Of a stretch of 23,083 bases of DNA, positions 7,386-16,708 are shown piece after piece. The notes under the pieces were generated by a model. That model did no database searches, had not been told where the DNA came from, and saw nothing but the letters and a program-made list of their open reading frames with translations. The stretch is from positions 49,769 to 72,851 of the forward strand of contig JBBIOM010000008.1 of assembly GCA_037443365.1 (NCBI GenBank), given 5' to 3'. This stretch comes from Armatimonadota bacterium (GTDB taxonomy: Bacteria; Sysuimicrobiota; Sysuimicrobiia; Sysuimicrobiales; Humicultoraceae). The first letter of the stretch is position 1, and every line of letters begins with the position of its first letter. The position numbers and the translations under genes are program-made.

Positions 7386-8374
7386 CGCCCCGGGCATGGG
7401 ATATCATCGGGAAGCGCCGGCTGGCGTACGGCTTTTCCCTCCTCCTCGTCATCCCTGGCGCGATCGCGCTCATGGTCAACTCGGCGGCAGGGCGGGGGGC
7501 GCTTGACTGGGGCGTTGATTTCACGGGCGGCAGCTTCTTCCAGCTCAAGGTGGAGAAGCCGTTTGCGACCGGCCAGATCCGCAGGGTCGTGGATCGCTTC
7601 GCCACCGGACAGAGCGTGATCCAGAAGGAGGGGGAGGAGGTCCTGGTCCGCACCAGGCCGCTTAGCCCCGAGGCCAGGACCGGCATGCTCACCGCGCTCA
7701 GGGCAGAGTTCGGACAGATCACGATCCTTCGGGAGGACGAGGTCGGGCCCAAGATCGGGCGAGAGCTGCGCAACATCGCGATCATCGGTGTGCTGATAGG
7801 CCTGGCGCTCCAGGTGCTCTACATCTCGTACAGGTTCAAGTCATTCCGCTACGCCATGGCCGCCGACATCGCGCTGCTGCACGACCTGCTCGTCGTCGTG
7901 GGGATCTTCGCCCTCACTCGCAAGGAGGTCAACAGCGCCTTCGTAGCCGTGCTGCTGACCGTCGTGGGCTACTCGATCAACGATACCATCGTGGTGTTCG
8001 ATCGGATTCGCGAGAACCTGGCGATGCGGACGCGCGAGGCATTTGACCGGCTTGTCAACCGCAGTCTGCTCGAGGCCATGGTGCGCTCGATCAACACGGT
8101 CCTGACCACGATCATGGCGATAGGCGCGGTTTACGTGTTCGGCGGCACGACGATTCGCGACTTCGCCTTCGGCCTGATGGTGGGAATCACGGTCGGGGCC
8201 TACTCCTCGGTGTTTACCGCCAGCGCCGTGCTCGTGGACTGGCACCTATGGGCCGAGCGCCGCGGCAGGCGGCCGCGGCCGGAGGCGGCCGTGGAGGCGC
8301 ACGCGTCACCCGACGCGGCGGCGCCGCAGGGGACCGCCGTCACCGCGCGCCGCAGGCGGTCCAGGAGGAGGTAA
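7382..8374 (+). CDS. secF: Protein translocase subunit SecF
   Basis: Motifs GVDFTGG, VGPKIG, LLHD, GYSINDTIVVFDRIREN and RSINT. ATGA overlap with the secD stop. Confidence 0.96.
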   Translation: MTPRAWDIIGKRRLAYGFSLLLVIPGAIALMVNSAAGRGALDWGVDFTGGSFFQLKVEKPFATGQIRRVVDRFATGQSVIQKEGEEVLVRTRPLSPEARTGMLTALRAEFGQITILREDEVGPKIGRELRNIAIIGVLIGLALQVLYISYRFKSFRYAMAADIALLHDLLVVVGIFALTRKEVNSAFVAVLLTVVGYSINDTIVVFDRIRENLAMRTREAFDRLVNRSLLEAMVRSINTVLTTIMAIGAVYVFGGTTIRDFAFGLMVGITVGAYSSVFTASAVLVDWHLWAERRGRRPRPEAAVEAHASPDAAAPQGTAVTARRRRSRRR

Positions 8375-8379
8375 CGGGG

Positions 8380-8664
8380 ATGTCGGGCTTCACCGTGTTC
8401 GCGTTGCTGCTGTTCGCGGCCGTCGCGGTGTTCGCGCTGGCTAACCCCTCGGCCGTCGTCCTCAACTTCGCGATCTGGGAGGTGCGGACCACGCTCGCGC
8501 TGGCGGTCATCGGCGCCGCCGTTGTCGGAGGGCTCCTCGTGCTCGTCAGCGGCTTCGCCGGGCAGCGACGGTTGCGAGCACGTGTGCGAGAACTGCAGGC
8601 ACGCCTGCGCGAGCTCGAGTCGCAGGCGTCTTCGGCCGCCGAGCGGCCGCCTCAGAACCCCTGA
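8380..8664 (+). CDS. LapA family (DUF1049) small membrane protein
   Basis: Two hydrophobic segments with FALAN...V.LNF..W and a C-terminal coiled-coil; strong AGGAGGAGG RBS; this family commonly lies between secF and recJ. Confidence 0.8.
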   Translation: MSGFTVFALLLFAAVAVFALANPSAVVLNFAIWEVRTTLALAVIGAAVVGGLLVLVSGFAGQRRLRARVRELQARLRELESQASSAAERPPQNP

Positions 8665-11600
8665 CTCTGTGGCGCGTCGCCCCGCGTGACGCGGCGGCGC
8701 AGCGCCGCCTGGCAGACACCCTCGGGGTTTCCCCCCTTACCGCGCAGGTTCTCGTCAACCGGGGGCTGTCGAACCCAACCGAGGCGGCGGCCTTCCTTGA
8801 CCACAGTCCGCAGCGGCTGAGTTCGCCCCTTGATCTGGCGGAGATGGATCGCGCCGCAGAGCGCCTGGCGCAGGCCGTGCGCGGGCGTGAGCGCGTGTGC
8901 ATATACGGCGACTACGACGCCGACGGCGTGACTGCCACCGCGATCCTCGTGCGGGGGCTGCGCCGCCTCGGGCTGCAGTCGGAGTACTACCTGCCCGACC
9001 GCCGCACCGAGGGATACGGACTACACGCCCAGGCAGTGGCCCACCTGGCATCCCGCGGTCCCGGGCTGCTCGTGGCAGTTGACTGCGGGATCACGGCCCC
9101 GGCCGCGGCCGATGCCGCGCGCGCGCAGGGCCTCGACCTGGTCATCCTGGATCACCACGAGCCCGCAGGTCCTCTCCCCGTCGCTGCAGCGGTGGTGCAC
9201 CCGGGGAGACGCACGGCGGGGTCCGAGGCCGCAGCCGGCGCCGAGTTGTGCGCAGCAGGGCTCGCGTACCAGGCATGGCGCGCGTTGTGCGCGCGCCTTG
9301 GGGTGCGCGACGAGGACGGCGACCTCCTCGAACTTGCCGCGCTGGGCACGGTCGCCGACATGGCACCCCTGCTTGGAGACAACAGGATTCTGGTCGCGCG
9401 CGGTCTCGAGCTGATGGACCCCGGCGGCATCCTGGGGCTGCGCGCGCTGGCGCGTGTGGCCAGCCTGGGGCCTCCGTTTTCGGCTCGCGACCTGTCGTTT
9501 GCGCTGGCGCCGCGCGTGAACGCGGCCGGGCGCCTGGCCCACGCTGCGACCGCGGTTCGCCTGCTCCTGACCGAGGACCCGGCAGAAGCCGAGGCCATCG
9601 CCGTCGAGCTCGACCGGCTGAACCGGGAGCGGCGGGCGCTGTGCGAGCGCGTGCTCGCCGAGGCCGTACGGGAAGCCGAGGCCGGAGGCGCGCTCGATCA
9701 GCCTGCGCTTGTGCTTGCCGGCGAAGGATGGCACCCCGGGGTCGTGGGCATCGTCGCGTCGCAGATGGTGGAGCGGTACTATCGTCCGACGGTTCTGATC
9801 GCGCTGCAGGCAGGCCTGGGAAAGGGTTCGGCGCGCAGCATTCCCCCCTTACACCTGGTGCAGGCGCTCTCCGCGGCATCGGGCCGCCTGACCGCGTTTG
9901 GCGGTCACGCCATGGCTGCCGGGTTGACCATCGCCGCTGACTCCGTGGATGAGTTTCGATCCGCGTTCGTTGCCGCGGTCGCCGGGCGACTGCGCGCCGG
10001 GGATCTGGAGCCGTCCCTGTGTGTTGACGCCGAGATCCCCCTGGAGGCGGCCACGGTGGAGCAGGCCGCGGAGCTGGGCCGCCTGGCGCCTTTCGGCAGC
10101 GGCAACGATCCGCCAGTGCTCGCGACGCGCGGGTTGCGCGTGCTCGGCACTCGTCTGGTGGGCGAGGGAGCCCACCTGCGCCTGGTCGTGGGCGACGGTG
10201 TGAGAACCGCCGAGGCCATAGCCTTCCGCCAGGGCGAGCTGGCCGAACTGCTGGCGTTCACCCAGACGCGCGTGGATCTGGCATACACCCTGGAAGAGGA
10301 CCGATGGCGTGATGCCGGTACCGTGCGGTTAGTCGTACAGGACATCCAGACCCCGGATCTCAACCCGGCCGAGGTGACATCCAGCGCGGCGCAACTACTG
10401 GAGCGGTTGTTCGATCGCGCCGACGACTACCTCGACCCAGCCCGGGGCGAGATCGAGGAAGCCGACGCCTTCCACACGAAGGTCGTGGGCGTCACCTTCG
10501 AGGGGCGCCAGGCGGTCGTGGCGACGGTGCGCGCCGGCGAGCCACTCCGGTTGGTGCGCGACCCCCGGAACCCGCGCGACCCGCACGCCGTCCAGGTGTG
10601 CAGGGGTGACGGCCAGCAGATCGGGTTCCTCCGGGCGGCGCTGGCGGCACGGATCGCCCCGGCCATGGATGCCGGCGCCCTGTACTCGGCCGTGGCCACC
10701 GCGGTAACCGGCGGCGGAGAGCGGGCATGGGGTCTCAATATCCGGGTCAGCCGCGAGAAGCCCGGGGGCGAAGCGACGCCGGAGGCGCGGCCTCCTGATG
10801 AGGCCGGAGCAGCCGGCCGCGGTAGCCCGCTGGGCCTTGTCGCGGCCCTAATGCGCGGGCGCCCGTTGCCCGAGCAACAGCAGGAGGTCCAGGATGCGGT
10901 TCTCACCGGAGGCCCGATCGCTGCCCGCTTCGGGCCGGGCCGCGGCCTCCTATCCGGCGTGCTCGCCGCGGCAGGGGCGCTGGTGTCACGCGGCGACGGA
11001 CCTGTGCTTGTGGCACTTCCGCGATCAGGAGTCGTGGAGGCCTGGAACTGTCTGGGCGGGGCATGCCTGCGCGCTGTCGGGTTGCGCGCGGCCGGGGCGC
11101 ACGGCCTGCTTCGGCCGCAGGAGGCCGCGCGTGTTGGCGCCGCGTGGAGCAGGGGCGATCTCGATGTGCTGTTTGCATCTATGCTCTGGCTGGAGGAGCG
11201 ACCGCCGCAGGCCGGCGCTGTGATCGCGGTGCTCGACCCCCAGTGCCCTGCTTCTGACCTGGCCCTTCTGCGCGACAAGTACGCCGAGCGCCTGCGCCTG
11301 CTGTCCGGGACGCTGCGGCAGGGCGCGCTGGCCCAGGCAGCCGCTGCCCTGCGAATCGAGCGCGTCGCCCCTGCGGGCCGGGCCCGCGCAAACCTAAGGA
11401 TCCTGGATCACCGCGCCTCACACGATGCCCACATCTCCCTGGGAGGGGAGTCCCGCGCGCGCAGGGGCAAGACCCTTGTTCTGGCAGGGGGCTCGGCGGC
11501 AAGCGTGGCCACGGCGCGCGCGCTTCGCGCCGGAAGTCCCGAGATGGCAGGCGCGATTGCCTACTACCACGCCGGCCTGCCTGCGGCGCTGCGCCGCGTG

Positions 11601-12155
11601 CTCGAGGACCTCCTTGCCTCTGGGCACCTCGCGGTGCTGGTGACCGGGTCCTACCTGGTATCGCCCGCGCTTCCGCTCGACGTCGCGCGGGTGGTGGTCT
11701 GCGGGCTGCTGCCGGACCCCCTGCTGGCGCTGGACTGCATGGCCTCCGCAGGGCTCGGTGGTGGGGCGGCCACGGTTGAACTTCGGTTCGGCCCCGACGC
11801 GCTTTCCGCTGCGGCGGCCGTTGTTGAGGCACGCTGCCCCTCGCGCGCGACGCTGGCGCGCTGCTACCGCGAGCTGCGGGCGCGCGCGCGCGGAGACGAA
11901 ATCCCGGAAGCGGACGTGCCGAGAGATGTCTCCTCGGCCTGCCTGACGATTCTGGTGGAGGCAGGGGTGCTTGCTCTGGAAGGCGGGGAAGGTTCCGGGG
12001 CAAGGTACACGCTGCTCGCCGTCGGGACCCGAGGCGATCTAGAGAGATCGCTTCGGTACAGGGAGGGGATGCGGGAGCGCGCCGCCTGGGAGCACCTGCG
12101 CGTCTGGGCATCGGGCCCGCCCGCGCGACTCCTGGAGGACCTGGCCGGGCCCTAG
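8661..12155 (+). CDS. recJ: ssDNA exonuclease RecJ fused to a HIRAN domain and a degenerate SF2 helicase region
   Basis: Motifs IYGDYDADG, EGYGL, VDCG, LDHH, LGTVAD, PRVNAAGR, WHPGVVGIVAS, GSARS, FGGHAMAAG and PFGSGN. RecJ-like sequence continues 61 codons upstream of ATG 8844 to a CTG at 8661 (start inferred). Confidence 0.9.
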   Translation: MTLWRVAPRDAAAQRRLADTLGVSPLTAQVLVNRGLSNPTEAAAFLDHSPQRLSSPLDLAEMDRAAERLAQAVRGRERVCIYGDYDADGVTATAILVRGLRRLGLQSEYYLPDRRTEGYGLHAQAVAHLASRGPGLLVAVDCGITAPAAADAARAQGLDLVILDHHEPAGPLPVAAAVVHPGRRTAGSEAAAGAELCAAGLAYQAWRALCARLGVRDEDGDLLELAALGTVADMAPLLGDNRILVARGLELMDPGGILGLRALARVASLGPPFSARDLSFALAPRVNAAGRLAHAATAVRLLLTEDPAEAEAIAVELDRLNRERRALCERVLAEAVREAEAGGALDQPALVLAGEGWHPGVVGIVASQMVERYYRPTVLIALQAGLGKGSARSIPPLHLVQALSAASGRLTAFGGHAMAAGLTIAADSVDEFRSAFVAAVAGRLRAGDLEPSLCVDAEIPLEAATVEQAAELGRLAPFGSGNDPPVLATRGLRVLGTRLVGEGAHLRLVVGDGVRTAEAIAFRQGELAELLAFTQTRVDLAYTLEEDRWRDAGTVRLVVQDIQTPDLNPAEVTSSAAQLLERLFDRADDYLDPARGEIEEADAFHTKVVGVTFEGRQAVVATVRAGEPLRLVRDPRNPRDPHAVQVCRGDGQQIGFLRAALAARIAPAMDAGALYSAVATAVTGGGERAWGLNIRVSREKPGGEATPEARPPDEAGAAGRGSPLGLVAALMRGRPLPEQQQEVQDAVLTGGPIAARFGPGRGLLSGVLAAAGALVSRGDGPVLVALPRSGVVEAWNCLGGACLRAVGLRAAGAHGLLRPQEAARVGAAWSRGDLDVLFASMLWLEERPPQAGAVIAVLDPQCPASDLALLRDKYAERLRLLSGTLRQGALAQAAAALRIERVAPAGRARANLRILDHRASHDAHISLGGESRARRGKTLVLAGGSAASVATARALRAGSPEMAGAIAYYHAGLPAALRRVLEDLLASGHLAVLVTGSYLVSPALPLDVARVVVCGLLPDPLLALDCMASAGLGGGAATVELRFGPDALSAAAAVVEARCPSRATLARCYRELRARARGDEIPEADVPRDVSSACLTILVEAGVLALEGGEGSGARYTLLAVGTRGDLERSLRYREGMRERAAWEHLRVWASGPPARLLEDLAGP

Positions 12156-12220
12156 GCCAGGAGGGCTCGCGGAACCGGCACCGAAGCCATGCAAGAGGGG
12201 CGGCCTTACGGTATCCCGCG

Positions 12221-14428
12221 ATGAAGTGGCTGGACCTGCGCCGACAACAGAGCAGCTTTCAGGATCTGCCGCCCGAGGTCCAGCGTCTCATAGCGACCCT
12301 GCGCGCCAACTTCCCCAAGGCCGATCTCGATCCGGTGCGCGAGGCCTATCTTGCCGCCGCCCGGGCTCACGAGGGGCAGCGGCGCGCCTCGGGCGAACCG
12401 TACGTGATGCACGCCGTGACCGTGGCGATCATACTGGCCGACCTGCGCCTCGACCTGATCACGGTCACCGCCGCCCTGCTGCACGACGTGCTCGAGGACA
12501 CCGGCGTTGAGTATTCCGAGCTGCGCGAGCGGTTCGGTCCCGAGATCGCAACGCTGGTGGACGGCGTCACCAAGCTGGGGAAGATCGAGTGGCAGAGCCG
12601 CGAGGAGCGCCAGGCCGAGAGCCTGCGCAAGATGTTCCTGGCGATGGCAAACGACATACGCATCGTGTTGATAAAGCTGGCCGATCGGCTGCACAACATG
12701 CGCACCATAGCACCACTCCCGGAATGGAGGCGCCGACGCACCTCGCAGGAGACGCTCGACATCTACGCCCCGCTGGCCGAACGACTGGGCATCGGCAGCC
12801 TGCAGAAGGAGCTCGAAGAACTGGCGTTTCAGCAACTCGAGCCCGAGACCTACACGAGCATAACGCAGGCTCTGGCCCAGGCCGAGGAGGCCCGGCAGGC
12901 GCTGGTGGACAGGGTCGTTCGGGTCCTCTACCGCGAGATCCAGCGGGCGGGCATCAAGGTAGATGCCAGGGACATTACGGGCCGGCCAAAGCACACATAC
13001 AGCATCTGGAAGAAGCTCCAACGGCCCAAGTACGCGGGGCAGTCGGTGGAGCGCGTCTATGACCGGCTGGGTGTGCGGGTGCTGCTCGACGACGTCAAGG
13101 ACTGCTACGCGGCGCTGGGCGTGGTTCACGCCATCTGGAAACCCATCCCGGGCGAGTTCGACGACTACATCGCCAACCCGAAGACCAGCGGCTACCAGTC
13201 GCTGCACACGGCCGTCATCCACGAGGGGGAGTCGCTCGAGATCCAGATTCGCACCCACCAGATGCACGCCGAGGCCGAGCGCGGCATAGCCGCCCACTGG
13301 AAGTACAAGGAGGGTGCACCCCACGGGCGCGAGGTGGACCAGAAGCTTGCCTGGCTGCAGAAGCTGCTCGAGTGGCAGCAGGACCTGGCGGATGCCCGGG
13401 AGTTCGTGCAGTCGGTGCGCCTCGACCTGTTCCACAACGAGGTCTTCGTCTTCACGCCCAAGGGCGATGTGATAGACCTGCCGGCCGGCTCAACCCCTGT
13501 GGACTTCGCCTATCGCATCCATACGGATGTCGGGCACCGCTGCGTTGGAGCAAAGGTCAACGGGCGGCTCGTCCCGTTGTCGCAGAAGCTCCGCACCGGC
13601 GACATAGTCGAGATTACGACCGGCAAGAGCGGTACCGGGCCCAGCCGGGACTGGCTCATGTTCGTGGCCACCAGCAATGCGCGCGCCAAGATCAAGCAGT
13701 GGTTCAAGCGCGAGCGGCACGAGGAGAACCTGGCAAACGGCCGGGTGATGCTGGAGCGTGAGCTGCGGCGCAGCGGCGGCGTGGCCGCCGCGATGAAGCC
13801 CGAGCGCCTGGCGGAGGTCTCTGGCAAGTTCGGGATGGGGTCGACCGACGAGTTGCTCGCGGCGATCGGCAACGGAGATCTCTCTCCGCTGCAGGTTGCG
13901 CAGGCTCTGCGCGGCGTCGCCCCGCCCGAAGAAGAACCGACCGCGCCTCCCCCCGTGCCGCCTGCTCCTCCTGGCGCGCCGCAGGGCGTGCGGATACGTG
14001 GCGTAGACAACGTGCTCATGCGCTTCGCCCGCTGCTGCACGCCGCTACCGGGCGACCGCATCGCGGGATACGTGACCCGCGGCCGCGGCGTGACCATACA
14101 CCGGAGCGACTGCGCGAACGTCGCCTTTCTGCGCGCTCATCCCGAGCGTCTGCTCGAGGTGGAGTGGGAGTCGGTGCAGGAGAGAATCTACCAGGTCGAG
14201 ATCGAGGTGGAGGCGTTCGACCGCGTGGGCCTGCTCAAGGACATCCTGGCGGCCATCGCGGAGACCCGGACGAACGTCCTCTCGATGAATGCCCGCATCA
14301 GGCGTGACAAGGTGGTGGTGACGAACATCGTGCTGGACATCCGGAATGTCGGCCAGCTCCACTCGGTCATGCAGCGCGTGGAGAAGGTGCCGGAGGTCTT
14401 CAGCGTGGCCAGGGTCGTGCCCACGTGA
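12221..14428 (+). CDS. relA: Bifunctional (p)ppGpp synthetase/hydrolase Rel
   Basis: HD hydrolase (LLHDVLEDT, KLADRLHNMRT), synthetase (RPKHTYSI, GYQSLHT, EIQIRT), TGS (VFTPKGD, PVDFAY), CC (ARCCTPLPGD) and a C-terminal ACT domain. Confidence 0.97.
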   Translation: MKWLDLRRQQSSFQDLPPEVQRLIATLRANFPKADLDPVREAYLAAARAHEGQRRASGEPYVMHAVTVAIILADLRLDLITVTAALLHDVLEDTGVEYSELRERFGPEIATLVDGVTKLGKIEWQSREERQAESLRKMFLAMANDIRIVLIKLADRLHNMRTIAPLPEWRRRRTSQETLDIYAPLAERLGIGSLQKELEELAFQQLEPETYTSITQALAQAEEARQALVDRVVRVLYREIQRAGIKVDARDITGRPKHTYSIWKKLQRPKYAGQSVERVYDRLGVRVLLDDVKDCYAALGVVHAIWKPIPGEFDDYIANPKTSGYQSLHTAVIHEGESLEIQIRTHQMHAEAERGIAAHWKYKEGAPHGREVDQKLAWLQKLLEWQQDLADAREFVQSVRLDLFHNEVFVFTPKGDVIDLPAGSTPVDFAYRIHTDVGHRCVGAKVNGRLVPLSQKLRTGDIVEITTGKSGTGPSRDWLMFVATSNARAKIKQWFKRERHEENLANGRVMLERELRRSGGVAAAMKPERLAEVSGKFGMGSTDELLAAIGNGDLSPLQVAQALRGVAPPEEEPTAPPPVPPAPPGAPQGVRIRGVDNVLMRFARCCTPLPGDRIAGYVTRGRGVTIHRSDCANVAFLRAHPERLLEVEWESVQERIYQVEIEVEAFDRVGLLKDILAAIAETRTNVLSMNARIRRDKVVVTNIVLDIRNVGQLHSVMQRVEKVPEVFSVARVVPT

Positions 14429-15609
14429 CGAGGCGCGAGGCGTCCAGACGCGCCGATCTCCTGGTCGCATCCGCGATCCGCGAGATGTCGCATCTGGCCG
14501 GGCAGTACGGCGCGGTCAACCTGGCCCAGGGCCTTCCGGATTTCGATCCACCCTCAGAACTTGTCGAAGCGGCGGTGGCCGCGCTGCGGGCTGGCTGCAA
14601 CCAGTATGCCCCTGCCTGGGGCTCGCCGCGCCTGCGGCGCGCGATCGCCGACAAGGTGGCGTGGTCGAACGGCCTGGAGGTGGACCCGGAGCGCCACGTG
14701 ACCGTGACCAGCGGGGCCACCGAGGCCGTGATGGCCACCCTGCTCGCCGTCCTCGAGCCCGGTGACGAGGTCATCGTCTTTGAGCCCGTCTACGAAAGCT
14801 ACGTCCCCGGCGCCATCATTGCCGGGGCGACCCCGCGCTACGTGCGCCTGGACCTGGCAGACCCGGCCATGCCGTTTGACCCCGCTGCGCTGCGCGCCGC
14901 GTTCGGACCGAGGACACGGGCCGTCATCGTGAACACGCCCCACAATCCCACGGGGAAGGTCTTCTCGCGCAGCGAACTGGAGACGATCGCCACCCTGTGC
15001 CTTGAGCGGGACGTGCTGGCGGTCGCCGATGAGGTCTACGAGCACATCCTGTACGACGGTGCGACGCACACCAGCATCGCGGCGCTGCCCGGAATGGCGG
15101 AACAGGCCGTCACGATCAGCAGCATTTCCAAGACCTACAACGCGACCGGCTGGCGGGTGGGATGGGCGCTCAGCCGCAACGCCGCCGTTGTTGATGGCAT
15201 CAGGCGCGCGCACGACTACCTGGCCATCTGCGCGCCGACACCCCTGCAGGAGGCCGCGGCGACAGCGCTCGGATTCCCGCGCGGCTACTACGACGATCTC
15301 GGAGCGTTCTATCGGTCACGGCGCGACACCATGCTGGAGATCCTGACCGAGAGCCGCTTTCGCTTCAACACGCCGCGCGGCGCGTACTACGTCATGGCCG
15401 ACTTCAGCAGCGTGAGCAGCGCGGACGACGTGGCGTTCTGCAGGCACATGGCCAGCGAAGTTGGGGTGGCCGTGGTTCCCGGCAGCAGCTTCTACACCAG
15501 CCCCGCCGACGGATCTAGGCACGTGCGCTTCGCTTTTCCCAAGCGGTCGGCGACCCTGGAGGAAGCGCGCCGCCGTCTTGGCGGCCTTGCCCGTGGCGGG
15601 CGTGCGTAG
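14425..15609 (+). CDS. PLP-dependent aminotransferase class I/II (YbdL/kynurenine aminotransferase-like)
   Basis: Motifs VNLAQGLPDF, GATEA, NTPHNPTGKV, DEVYEH and SISKTYNATGWRVGW (PLP lysine). GTGA overlap with the rel stop. Confidence 0.92.
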   Translation: MTRREASRRADLLVASAIREMSHLAGQYGAVNLAQGLPDFDPPSELVEAAVAALRAGCNQYAPAWGSPRLRRAIADKVAWSNGLEVDPERHVTVTSGATEAVMATLLAVLEPGDEVIVFEPVYESYVPGAIIAGATPRYVRLDLADPAMPFDPAALRAAFGPRTRAVIVNTPHNPTGKVFSRSELETIATLCLERDVLAVADEVYEHILYDGATHTSIAALPGMAEQAVTISSISKTYNATGWRVGWALSRNAAVVDGIRRAHDYLAICAPTPLQEAAATALGFPRGYYDDLGAFYRSRRDTMLEILTESRFRFNTPRGAYYVMADFSSVSSADDVAFCRHMASEVGVAVVPGSSFYTSPADGSRHVRFAFPKRSATLEEARRRLGGLARGGRA

Positions 15610-15633
15610 GCAGGTGAAGTTGCGGGTGCGGGC

Positions 15634-16077
15634 GTGAGGGCCGTCATCCAGAGGGTGACGGGCGCGGCCGTGCGCGTCGGCGAAGAGACGGTCGGCGCGA
15701 TCGGCCCGGGGCTCGTGGTTCTGCTGGCCGTGGCCACGGACGATACACCCCGGCAGGCCGCTGCGCTGGCCGAGAAGATACTGCACCTGCGCATCTTCGA
15801 CGACGAGGCAGGGAAGCTGAACCGCTCCGTGATGGAAGTAGGTGGCTCGGTGCTCGTGGTCTCGCAGTTCACGCTCTACGGCGATGCGAGCCGGGGCCGC
15901 CGGCCGTCCTTCATCCGAGCCGCGCCACCCGAGCATGCCGAGGCGCTGTGCGAGGAGTTCGTCGCGCAGGCGCGAGCGATGGGCGTCGCCGTGGCCACGG
16001 GCCGCTTCAGGGCCCGGATGACCGTGGAGATCCGCAACGACGGCCCGGTGACCCTCGTCCTGGAAGCCAATGCCTGA
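15634..16077 (+). CDS. dtd: D-aminoacyl-tRNA deacylase
   Basis: Motifs MRAVIQRV, LRIFDD, VSQFTL, GRRPSF and NDGPVT. Confidence 0.97.
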   Translation: MRAVIQRVTGAAVRVGEETVGAIGPGLVVLLAVATDDTPRQAAALAEKILHLRIFDDEAGKLNRSVMEVGGSVLVVSQFTLYGDASRGRRPSFIRAAPPEHAEALCEEFVAQARAMGVAVATGRFRARMTVEIRNDGPVTLVLEANA

Positions 16078-16708
16078 GGCGCACCGCCTGATGGTGGTGC
16101 GCCACGGGCACCATGACTGGCTTACCCCACCTATCAACCGCTTCGCAGGGCGGCTGCCCGGGGTGCACCTGAGTGCTTCCGGACGCGCCGCGACCGAGGC
16201 CCTCGCATGCCACCTTGAGGCATCGCCTCCTGGTCGGATCGTCTCCAGCCCTCTGGAGCGCACCATGGAGACCGCCAGCATCATCGCCGAACGCCTGGGG
16301 GTCGCAGTGCACGCCGATGATCGCCTGATCGAGACCGGGCTCGGGCCGTGGGAAGGCATGCCGGTGGCCGAGGTGATGGCCGCCTATCCCGACGACTGGA
16401 GGATCTGGAGGAGCAAGCCCTCTCAGATGGCCCTTCCAGGCTTCGAGCCGGTGGAGGCGGTCGCCGAGCGCATGGCTGCATGCGCGCGCGAGTGGATGGA
16501 AGGAGGAGGGGTGGTACTGCTCGTATCCCATCAGGACCCGATCCTGGCCCTGGTCTGCCGCCTGCTCGACCTGCCGATCGACACGATGCGGAGGATGGAC
16601 GTCGCGCCTGCCTCGCTCACGGTGCTCGAGTTTGGGCACGCGCCTCCTGTGCTTCTTGCGCTGAACGCGCCTGCGCCCGCTTGCCCTGTCAAGCCAGAAA
16701 GCCGGTGA
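16070..16708 (+). CDS. Histidine phosphatase (phosphoglycerate mutase family)
   Basis: Motifs VVRHG, SSPLERTMETA, LIETGLGPWEG and LVSH; overlaps the dtd end by 8 nt. Confidence 0.9.
   Translation: MPEAHRLMVVRHGHHDWLTPPINRFAGRLPGVHLSASGRAATEALACHLEASPPGRIVSSPLERTMETASIIAERLGVAVHADDRLIETGLGPWEGMPVAEVMAAYPDDWRIWRSKPSQMALPGFEPVEAVAERMAACAREWMEGGGVVLLVSHQDPILALVCRLLDLPIDTMRRMDVAPASLTVLEFGHAPPVLLALNAPAPACPVKPESR

Noticed and set aside
16689-16708. 20-bp convergent overlap of the histidine phosphatase and nucleotidyltransferase
   Set aside because: Short tail-to-tail overlaps are common; no evidence of a functional link.
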